Of a stretch of 64,000 bases of DNA, positions 8,063-16,568 are shown in pieces; within the stretch, counting starts at the first letter, position 1, and every line of letters starts with the position of its first letter. The translations under genes and the position numbers were made by a program. The notes beneath the pieces were generated by a model, which saw nothing but the letters and a program-made list of their open reading frames with translations, was not told where the DNA came from and did not search any database. The stretch comes from Desulfatiglandales bacterium (GTDB taxonomy: Bacteria > Desulfobacterota > DSM-4660 > Desulfatiglandales > Desulfatiglandaceae), in contig OY759599.1 of assembly GCA_963662465.1 (NCBI GenBank), forward strand, positions 1,472,001 to 1,536,000, read 5' to 3'.

Positions 8063-10531
8063 TTTGAACACGATTCACAGGATTTAACAAGATGAACAGG
8101 ATTAGAAGATGACGTCCCGGCAATTTTCTTATTGTCATGGGGAAACCTTCTTGTTTGCGGTCTATCGGCGAAGAGTATAATCCTGTCCATCATCATAATC
8201 TTTTAAATCGTGTTCAAACAGCGCCCCGTTCATGATGCAATCCAGCTTCGTTGTTCCTCCCCGTTCTGAACACGATTCACAGGATTTAACACGATGAACA
8301 GGATTAGAAGATGAGGTCCCGACAATTTTCTTATTGTCATGGGGAAACCTTCTTGTTTGCGGTCTATCGGCGAAGAGTATAATCCTGTCCATCATCATAA
8401 TCTTTTAAATCGTGTTCAAACAGCGCCCCGTTCATGATGCAATCCAGCTTCGTTGTTCCTCCCCATTCTGAACACGATTCACAGGATTAAATACGATGAA
8501 CAGGATTAGAAGATGAGGTCCCGACAATTTTCTTATTGTCATGGGGAAACCTTCTTGTTTGCGGTCTATCGGCGAAGAGTATAATCCTGTCTATCATCAT
8601 AATCTTTTAAATCGTGTTCAAACAGCCTCCCCGTTCATGATGCCATCCAGCTTCGTTGTTCCTCCCCATTCTGAACACGATTCACAGGATTTAACACGAT
8701 GAACAGGATTAGAAGATGAGGTCCCGACAATTTTCTTATTGTCATGGAGAAACCTTCTTGTTTGCGGTCTATCGGCGAAGAGTATAATCCTGTCCATCAT
8801 CATAATCTTTTAAATCGTGTTCAAACAGCCTCCCCGTTCATGATGCCATCCAGCTTCGTTGTTCCTCCCCATTCTGAACACGATTCACAGGATTTAACAC
8901 GATGAACAGGATTAGAAGATGAGGTCCCGACAATTTTCTTATTGTCATGGGGAAACCTTCTTGTTTGCGGTCTATCGGCGAAGAGTATAATCCTGTCTAT
9001 CATCATAATCTTTTAAATCGTGTTCAAACAGCCTCCCCGTTCATGATGCCATCCAGCTTCGTTGTTCCTCCCCATTCTGAACACGATTCACAGGATTTAA
9101 CACGATGAACAGGATTAGAAGATGAGGTCCCGACAATTTTCTTATTGTCATGGGGAAACCTTCTTGTTTGCGGTCTATCGGCGAAGAGTATAATCCTGTC
9201 TATCATCATAATCTTTTAAATCGTGTTCAAACAGCCTCCCCGTACGATGAACAGGATTAGAAGATGAGGTCCCGACAATTTTCTTAGATGCCATCCAGCT
9301 TCGTTGTTCCTCCCCATCTTGAACACGATTCACAGGATTAAATACGATGAACAGGATTAGAAGATGAGGTCCCGACAATTTTCTTATTGTCATGGGGAAA
9401 CCTTCTTGTTTGCGGTCTATCGGCGAAGAGTATAATCCTGTCTATCATCATAATCTTTTAAATCGTGTTCAAACAGCCTCCCCGTTCATGATGCCATCCA
9501 GCTTCGTTGTTCCTCCCCATTCTGAACACGATTCACAGGATTTAACACGATGAACAGGATTAGAAGATGAGGTCCCGACAATTTTCTTATTGTCATGGGG
9601 AAACCTTCTTGTTTGCGGTCTATCGGCGAAGAGTATAATCCTGTCTATCATCATAATCTTTTAAATCGTGTTCAAACAGCGCCCCGTTCATGATGCTATC
9701 CAGCTTCGTTGTTCCTCCCCATTCTGAACACGATTCACAGGATTTAACACGATGAACAGGATTAGAAGATGAGGTCCCGACAATTTTCTTATTGTCATGG
9801 GGAAACCTTCTTGTTTGCGGTCTATCGGCGAAGAGTATAATCCTGTCCATCATCATAATCTTTTAAATCGTGTTCAAACAGCGCCCCGTTCATGATGCTA
9901 TCCAGTTCGTTGTTTCTCCCCATTCTGAACACGATTCACAGGATTAAATACGATGAACAGGATTAGAAGATGAGGTCCCGACAATTTTCTTATTGTCATG
10001 GGGAAACCTTCTTGTTTGCGGTCTATCGGCGAAGAGTATAATCCTGTCCATCATCATAATCTTTTAAATCGTGTTCAAACAGCCTCCCCGTTCATGATGC
10101 CATCCAGCTTCGTTGTTCCTCCCCATCTTGAACACGATTCACAGGATTAAATACGATGAACAGGATTAGAAGATGAGGTCCCGACAATTTTCTTATTGTC
10201 ATGGGGAAACCTTCTTGTTTGCGGTCTATCGGCGAAGAGTATAATCCTGTCCATCATCATAATCTTTTAAATCGTGTTCAAACAGCGCCCCGTTCATGAT
10301 GCCATCCAGCTTCGTTGTTCCTCCCCATCTTGAACACGATTCACAGGATTTAACACGATGAACAGGATTAGAAGATGAGGTCCCGACAATTTTCTTATTG
10401 TCATGGGGAAACCTTCTTGTTTGCGGTCTATCGGCGAAGAGTATAATCCTGTCTATCATCATAATCTTTTAAATCGTGTTCAAACAGCCTCCCCGTTCAT
10501 GATGCCATCCAGCTTCGTTGTTCCTCCCCGT
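8063..10531. repeat. Tandem array of 12 near-identical units (156-bp inverted-repeat core + ~46-bp linker)
   Basis: GAACACGATTCACAGG recurs at 8066, 8268, 8470, 8673, 8876, 9079, 9321, 9524, 9726, 9927, 10130, 10332 and then 10535 (gene-bearing copy); period 201-203 bp, one of 242 bp. Confidence 0.98.
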
Positions 10532-11046
10532 TTTGAACACGATTCACAGGATTAAATACGATGAACAGGATTAGAAGACGGCGTCCCAACAAGTTTCTTG
10601 TTGTAAAGCCGTTTAAATTCAAGGCTCCGTCCTCCGAAATTCATCAACAATCCATCGGAAATTCCATAGGCTTCCAGATAATTGATAGCCTGTGCCTTGT
10701 GAGCATCTTGCAGTTTTTCCACAGCTTTCAATTCAACCATCACACGATGGTCAACAAAAAAATCGACCCTTCTCGTTCCGATTTGTTTATTGCGATAAAA
10801 TATCGGCATTTCCTTTTCACGCGCAAAGGATAACCCCTGAAAAGTCATTTCAATCGCCAGGGCGCGTTGATAAATCACCTCTTGGAATCCATTGCCGAGC
10901 GAACTGTGAACCTTCATCGCGCAACCGATGACCACATGCGTCAATTCGTTAATCCCGTCACTCGTCATGGTGAGACCTTTTTGTTTGCGGTTTATTGGTC
11001 AATGGTAATCCTGTCTGTCATTATAATCTTTAAAATCGTATTCAAA
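10532..11046. mobile_element. Gene-bearing copy of the element: inverted-repeat arms enclosing the GxxExxY gene
   Basis: Left arm 10532-10604 and right arm 10966-11046 match the two halves of the array core; mobility is inferred, not shown. Confidence 0.65.
10552..10968 (-). CDS. GxxExxY protein (PD-(D/E)XK nuclease-like)
   Basis: 138 aa; GFQEVIY motif, RVDFFV...VELKA catalytic-type motif, QAINYL. Confidence 0.93.
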   Translation of the reverse strand: MTSDGINELTHVVIGCAMKVHSSLGNGFQEVIYQRALAIEMTFQGLSFAREKEMPIFYRNKQIGTRRVDFFVDHRVMVELKAVEKLQDAHKAQAINYLEAYGISDGLLMNFGGRSLEFKRLYNKKLVGTPSSNPVHRI

Positions 11047-11198
11047 CAGCATAATTTATACCTTTTCAAATTGAAAAGAAATTGCAAAATTCAAAACGAT
11101 CGTCAGGTGTAAAATGAAAAGGACCATGGAAAAGGTGATGACCTGCTTTTTACCGTATCTGTGTAGCAAGAAACCAAAGACGATCCAACAGATGTCCA

Positions 11199-11234
11199 TT
11201 GACTTCAACCTCGCCTTGCATTACGGTATGTAAT
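11199..11234 (+). promoter_or_regulatory. Putative sigma70 promoter and operator of vapBC
   Basis: TTGACT-17 bp-TACGGT, overlapped by inverted repeat ATTAC-N5-GTAAT; RBS GGAGG follows. Confidence 0.5.
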
Positions 11235-11248
11235 ACGGAGGGGATAAA

Positions 11249-11491
11249 ATGATCACACTAAGATTAGAAGAAAAATTAGAGCAAGATATAAATAATACAG
11301 CGAAAAACTTGGGACTGACAAAATCCGAACTGATTCGCCAAAGCATCCATGACTATCTTCAGAAGCTTCAAAAACCAAATGCGTGGGAGTTAGGCGAAGA
11401 TTTGTTTGGTAAATACTCAAGCGGCCTTGGAAATTTGTCGGAAAACCGGAAAGAGCTGATGAAAGAAAAAATAAAGGCTAAAGGAAAATGA
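11249..11491 (+). CDS. vapB: Ribbon-helix-helix (CopG-type) antitoxin
   Basis: MITLRL...TKSELIRQSI RHH pattern; ATGA overlap with PIN gene. Confidence 0.8.
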   Translation: MITLRLEEKLEQDINNTAKNLGLTKSELIRQSIHDYLQKLQKPNAWELGEDLFGKYSSGLGNLSENRKELMKEKIKAKGK

Positions 11492-11898
11492 AAAAAATCC
11501 TCATAGATTCCGGTCCGTTAATTGCCTTGTTTGATGCATCGGATAAATATTATCATAAAACAGTTAATTTTATACAATCAAATAAATATCCGCTTGTTAC
11601 AACGCTTGCATCAATCACGGAAACGCTCCACTTGTTGGACTTTAATCGAAATGCACAGATAGATTTCCTCGTGTGGATTGATAAAGGGGCCATTGAAATT
11701 CAACATATTGACAGCAGTGATTTTGGAAGACTCAAAGAATTAACTGAAAAGTATCGGGATTTGCCAATGGATTTTGCGGATGCTTGTCTGCTATATCTTG
11801 CGGAAAAACAGAGCCTGAACACCATTGCAACGATTGATCGGGATTTTACAATTTATCGAATAGGTGGTAAAAAGAAATTCAAGGTTGTTCTTTCTTAA
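11488..11898 (+). CDS. vapC: PIN-domain toxin
   Basis: ILIDSGPLIA, ITET, MDFADA, TIDRDF. Confidence 0.9.
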   Translation: MKKILIDSGPLIALFDASDKYYHKTVNFIQSNKYPLVTTLASITETLHLLDFNRNAQIDFLVWIDKGAIEIQHIDSSDFGRLKELTEKYRDLPMDFADACLLYLAEKQSLNTIATIDRDFTIYRIGGKKKFKVVLS

Positions 11899-11972
11899 AC
11901 AGAACGGAAGATGATTGAAACCAGGGTGAAACCAGAGGCTGCTGGGTGAATCACACAATAAGGGAGGAAGCA

Positions 11973-12371
11973 ATGGAACTGAAAGACTATTTTGAGGGTA
12001 CGAAAGGGAAGGGCATGCTGGCAACGGCGGATAAGGAGGGGACGGTGGATGTGGCGGTTTATGCCAAGCCTCACTTCGTGGAAGACGGCAACGTCGCATT
12101 TATCATGGCGGACCGTCTGACCCACCACAATCTGCAAAGCAACGACAGCGCCGCCTACCTGTTCCTGGAAGAGGACATGGGTTACAAGGGAAAGCGGCTT
12201 TATCTCACGAAGGTGCGGGAAGAGCAGGACACCGAACTGCTGTATACCCTGCGGAATCGGAAATTTTCTTCGGAAAAGGAAGAGGGCAAGCCCCGATTTC
12301 TGGTTTTTTTTAAGATCGACAAGGTGTTGCCGTTGATTGGCCCGGGGAGGGATGAAACTGCTTTGGCATAA
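11973..12371 (+). CDS. Pyridoxamine 5'-phosphate oxidase-like FMN-binding protein
   Basis: LATADKEGTVDVAVYAKP; RBS GGGAGG before ATG 11973. Confidence 0.8.
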   Translation: MELKDYFEGTKGKGMLATADKEGTVDVAVYAKPHFVEDGNVAFIMADRLTHHNLQSNDSAAYLFLEEDMGYKGKRLYLTKVREEQDTELLYTLRNRKFSSEKEEGKPRFLVFFKIDKVLPLIGPGRDETALA

Positions 12372-12444
12372 CCGGCCATGAAGGGATGCGGTTGGTGTTT
12401 TTTGCTATAAAAATAAACATCTTAAGGTTTTAGGAGAGTTGACC

Positions 12445-13356
12445 ATGCGCATTTTTATGACTGGCGGCACGGGTTTTGTGGGATCGGCGCTTACGAAAAA
12501 TTTGACGGAGCAGGGGCATTCCGTAACCCTGTTAACGCGAAAGATTCGAAAGAGCACTGCTACCCTGCCTTCCGGCGTTTCCATGGTGGAGGGAAACCCC
12601 ACGGAACCGGGACCCTGGCAGGAAACCCTGGCGGATCACGAGGTCGTCGTCAACCTGGCCGGGGCCTCCATTTTCAGGCGTTGGACCCGGGATGAAAAGC
12701 GCCGCATCCGCGACACTCGTATTCAGACCACCACCAACCTGGTAAACGCTCTTGAGCGTCGAAAAGGCATGAAAACCACCCTTCTGAGTACTTCGGCGGT
12801 GGGTTACTACGGTTTTCACGGCGATGAAGCGCTGGATGAGAGCCGTCCGCCCGGAAACGATTTTCTGGCGTCAGTGGCCAGGGAGTGGGAGGAAACCGCT
12901 TTAAAAGCGGAAAAGCTGGGGGTAAGGGTCGCCCTGTGCCGTTTCGGCATTGTCCTGGGAGCCGATGGGGGGGCTTTAGGCGAAATGATTCCCATTTTTA
13001 AAAAAGGTCTGGGAAGTCCCTTGGGTAGTGGAAAGCAATGGTTTTCCTGGATTCATCAGCAGGATCTGGTGCGTATCTTTTTGTTCCTTATTGAACGGGA
13101 GGATCTTTCGGGGGCATTTAACTGCGCCGCGCCGGAACCGGTTCGAAATCAGGAGTTGACCCGAATCCTGGGAAAGGTTCTGGGAAAACCCACCTTCATG
13201 CCGTCGGTGCCGGGTTTTGTCATCCGGATGGTCAAAGGGGAATTCGGCTCCGTGTTGCTCAAGGGGCAGAAGGTACTGCCCGAGAAACTGCAAAAAGCGG
13301 GGTTTCAGTTCAAATACCCGAATCTTTCCGGCGCATTGCGGGATCTTCTGGCATAA
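12445..13356 (+). CDS. NAD-dependent epimerase, TIGR01777/YfcH-like
   Basis: TGGTGFVG, NLAG, SAVGYYG, GSGKQWFSWIH. Confidence 0.92.
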   Translation: MRIFMTGGTGFVGSALTKNLTEQGHSVTLLTRKIRKSTATLPSGVSMVEGNPTEPGPWQETLADHEVVVNLAGASIFRRWTRDEKRRIRDTRIQTTTNLVNALERRKGMKTTLLSTSAVGYYGFHGDEALDESRPPGNDFLASVAREWEETALKAEKLGVRVALCRFGIVLGADGGALGEMIPIFKKGLGSPLGSGKQWFSWIHQQDLVRIFLFLIEREDLSGAFNCAAPEPVRNQELTRILGKVLGKPTFMPSVPGFVIRMVKGEFGSVLLKGQKVLPEKLQKAGFQFKYPNLSGALRDLLA

Positions 13357-15106
13357 GGGCCGTTATTCGCGGGGCCTGTGAAAAGGGATATTCTGAAATA
13401 GCGCTTGGATTCCCAACCCCATAGAGCGTCGCCTGGTCCTGAACGCCTTTCAACATGATCCTGAATTTCCGCTTTACCCTCACAATATCCGGAACATGTT
13501 TGTAGACCGAAGCGGAAATAACCACCTCTCCTTTATCAGCCGTTGACTGAATTCGCTGGGTGAGGTTTACGGGGGACCCCACAATGCCATATTTGGCCCG
13601 GGTATCCGATCCGATGTTTCCCACTACCACCACGCCTGCATTGACGCCGATCCCCATTTCCAGTGACGGCAGGTTCTCAGATAGCATCTCCCGGTTGAAG
13701 GCTGCCATGCTTTCCTGCATTCTGAAGGCGCACCGGACGGCTTTTTCGACCATGGGCTGTATGGGCGCATCGAGGGGGTCGAAAAAAACCAGGACGGCGT
13801 CTCCGAAAAAATCCACGATAATTCCCTGATGGTCTTGAATCACCTGGATCAAGTGAGAGAAATATCGATTCAAGAAGCGGATAATCTCTTCAGGCGCCAA
13901 TGTTTCCGATAAAGACGTGAACCCCCTGATGTCGCTCATGAGGATGGCCACTTCCCGTTTCCGCCCCCCCAGCCTCGCGGCTTCCGGGCGTTTCAACAGC
14001 TCCTTGGCAATGCCCTGGTCCACGTACCTGCCGAAGGTATTGGCAATCAGGTCCCTTTCTTTCAAGCCCTCTACCATAGTATTGAAACTCTGGGTCAATT
14101 GGGCGATTTCGTCTCGGCCGTGTACGGGAATCGGCTCACTGTAATTACCTGTCGCCACGGTTTCCGCGGCCTTTGAAATGGCGGTAAAGGAATGGACCAT
14201 CCTCCCCACCACCGATCGGATCAGCAGGAGAATGATGAGTATGGCAAGGATTCCGCCCGCAAAGTAATAGTTGCGGAAACCGACGATGGGCCCCAGGACC
14301 TTATTTCCCTCGGCAAAGAGTACAATCGTCCAGGGCGCATTTCGCAGTTTATAAAAGCCGCCCACCGCGTGGGGCGGGGCGCCGGGTCCCAGAACCGTGC
14401 CGAAAGGCTTTTCCTTGATGGCTTTCAACAGGGATCGTTCAAAGGGGTCGTCGGTTTCTCCGAACACCATTCCCTTTTTCATGATGACTTTGGTATGGCA
14501 GAGGTATTTTCCGGCCTCATCGATCAGACATGCCTGATCCGTCTGCCACCAGCCAAAGTCCTTGACGCCTTCCAGAAGGTAATCAAAACGGACGGTCGCC
14601 TCAAGGGTTCCCACCACCTTGTCGGTTTCATCCTTAAGCCGGCTGATGATATTTACCGTTTCCCCGCCGGTCTGTGCATCATAGCGTGGGGAGGTGACTT
14701 CCAGCGCTTTTGCCTTCTGGAATCGCATCATTCGCCTCCCTTCGGAAGAACGCCCGCCCATACGCATCATCATCGGTTCCGGTTCATAGCCGTCTTCCCA
14801 TTTCAATTCGGCGCTTTCAATCCCTTTCATGTTCCGCAACTGCTGGAGGATCCATTCCTGTATCAGCACTCCCCCCCTGCCTTCGGATGTATGATGAAAC
14901 ATCCGGAGCCAATCGGTGATGTGTCCCAGTTTCATATCGATCTGGTGGGCGGCTCTCTGCAGTTTCATGATGGAGGCGTCCTGCCATTGGGCAAAGAGAA
15001 TGCCTCTCACATAAACAAAACCGAAAATCCCAATGAACAACAGCATCAGCGCAACCGGAAGCAGCACCAGAAGCGTGAGGCGTTTTTGAAGGCTCTTGAT
15101 GGCCAT
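13310..15106 (-). CDS. Membrane-bound HAMP + class III nucleotidyl cyclase
   Basis: Two TM segments, HAMP (DEIAQLTQSFNTM), SDIRGFT, FFGDA, VNLTQRIQ. Confidence 0.92.
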   Translation of the reverse strand: MAIKSLQKRLTLLVLLPVALMLLFIGIFGFVYVRGILFAQWQDASIMKLQRAAHQIDMKLGHITDWLRMFHHTSEGRGGVLIQEWILQQLRNMKGIESAELKWEDGYEPEPMMMRMGGRSSEGRRMMRFQKAKALEVTSPRYDAQTGGETVNIISRLKDETDKVVGTLEATVRFDYLLEGVKDFGWWQTDQACLIDEAGKYLCHTKVIMKKGMVFGETDDPFERSLLKAIKEKPFGTVLGPGAPPHAVGGFYKLRNAPWTIVLFAEGNKVLGPIVGFRNYYFAGGILAILIILLLIRSVVGRMVHSFTAISKAAETVATGNYSEPIPVHGRDEIAQLTQSFNTMVEGLKERDLIANTFGRYVDQGIAKELLKRPEAARLGGRKREVAILMSDIRGFTSLSETLAPEEIIRFLNRYFSHLIQVIQDHQGIIVDFFGDAVLVFFDPLDAPIQPMVEKAVRCAFRMQESMAAFNREMLSENLPSLEMGIGVNAGVVVVGNIGSDTRAKYGIVGSPVNLTQRIQSTADKGEVVISASVYKHVPDIVRVKRKFRIMLKGVQDQATLYGVGNPSAISEYPFSQAPRITALMPEDPAMRRKDSGI

Positions 15107-15467
15107 TGTCTTTCGCTATTTCACCTCGTTGTTAAGGTGATCAAAGCCCTTTTTGTCTCCAAAAACCGCCTTTATTTTAGCAGTCCCCGCTGGAGTTCTT
15201 TGAGCTTTTTTCTTTAACTTATACCTTTTCAACCGGAAACCTACAACGTCAAAAGGAAACCGTACTGTAAAGGAACTCAGCTATATTATGGCGTTGACCT
15301 TCAGGGAGGCCGCAGATGGGGACGATTGCTGGACCCATGATGCCCTGGGGGACTACAAGACTCTCATTGCCGAGGGGATCAAAAGCGCCGAGTGCTGCAA
15401 GCGGTAATATCTTTTTTGGACGGGAAGATCTTTCAGGGTCGTTTAACTGTGTTGCGCCGGCGCCGGT

Positions 15468-16553
15468 TCAAGATTCTTCAATATATTTCTTTTGAATTTC
15501 AATTATTTCCTTTTTAAGTTTAAAGAAAACATCGAGGATTTCGGGATCAAAATGGGTCCCCCGACTTTCAGCCATTATGGTAAAGGCCTTTTCGTTTGAA
15601 AAGGCCTCCTTGTAGGGTCGTCGGCTGGTCAGGGCATCAAATACATCGGCAACGGCGCAAATTCTGCCGTAAAGGGGAATGTCTTTGCCGGCGAGGCCCT
15701 GTGGATAGCCCGTACCATCCCATTTTTCATGGTGGGACATGGCAATCAGTTCCCCCACCTGTAGCAGTTCGGATGATGAGCCGCTTAGAATGCGCGCCCC
15801 GATGATGGAATGCTGTTGCATGGTGTCCCACTCGTCGGCGTTCAACCGGTCGGGTTTCAGGATGATGGCATCGGGAATGCCGATTTTGCCGACGTCGTGC
15901 ATGGGGCTGGCGTTGTGAATCAGTTCCACTTCCCGGGGGGGAAGGCCCAGGTGCAGGGCGATAATAGCGCAGTAGTTGCTCATTCGTCGGATGTGTTCGG
16001 CGGTTCCCTCATCCTTGAATTCCGACGCAATGGAAAGCCGGTGAAGGGTGTCCAGGTAGGCCCCGAAAATCTGGGCTTGGGCCTGGTTCAACTCATCAAG
16101 GGCCTTCTGAAGGGATGCTGTCCGCTTCTGGACCGTTTCTTCCAGGGTGGCCTTGTGTCGTTTAATGTCGTCCTGGGCTTCCTTCATTTTTAAAAGGCTT
16201 TCAATGCGGACTTTCAGTTCAATACGGTCTACCGGTTTTGAAATGAAATCATTGGCGCCTACTTTCACAGCTCGAAGACGGTCCTTTGAACTGCTCAATC
16301 CGGTCACCATCACAATGGGGACATCGCGAAAATCAGATTCCTCCCGAATGCGCCGGGTGACTTCGAACCCATCCATCTCCGGCATCATGACGTCCATAAG
16401 AATCAGGTCGGTTTTTTCGTTGACTTTGTCCAGGGCCTCGAATCCGTCATGGGCTGACTCAGGTTCATGCCCGAAGGATGCTACCAGTGCCTCCATCAAT
16501 TCAACGTTGAAGGGTTCGTCATCCACGATCAGAATGCGTTTTGGATAATTCAT
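15468..16553 (-). CDS. Response regulator with HD-GYP phosphodiesterase domain (RpfG-like)
   Basis: REC; MHDVGKIG; HHEKWDGTGYP. Confidence 0.95.
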   Translation of the reverse strand: MNYPKRILIVDDEPFNVELMEALVASFGHEPESAHDGFEALDKVNEKTDLILMDVMMPEMDGFEVTRRIREESDFRDVPIVMVTGLSSSKDRLRAVKVGANDFISKPVDRIELKVRIESLLKMKEAQDDIKRHKATLEETVQKRTASLQKALDELNQAQAQIFGAYLDTLHRLSIASEFKDEGTAEHIRRMSNYCAIIALHLGLPPREVELIHNASPMHDVGKIGIPDAIILKPDRLNADEWDTMQQHSIIGARILSGSSSELLQVGELIAMSHHEKWDGTGYPQGLAGKDIPLYGRICAVADVFDALTSRRPYKEAFSNEKAFTIMAESRGTHFDPEILDVFFKLKKEIIEIQKKYIEES

Positions 16554-16568
16554 TACGAATACCTCATG

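Noticed and set aside
8162..10462. 61-78 aa ORFs (MMMDRIIL...) in the array
   Set aside because: Products of the DNA repeat; lengths change with 1-bp linker indels; the NKKIVGTSSSNPVHR match is the retained GxxExxY 3' end.
8063..10531. CRISPR array
   Set aside because: Units are ~202 bp with near-identical linkers, no unique spacers, and there are no cas genes in the window.
482..11046. Integron with attC cassettes
   Set aside because: No tyrosine integrase in the window and the arms lack a clear RYYYAAC...GTTRRRY attC organisation.
14192..15217. Long shadow ORFs (also 29975-30871, 49308-50147, 55529-56062)
   Set aside because: Antisense to well-supported genes and without motifs.
15289..15407. 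Short ORF MALTFREAADGDDCW...CCKR as a RiPP precursor
   Set aside because: About 6 kb from the radical SAM gene, no leader motif, abuts the epimerase relic; more likely debris.
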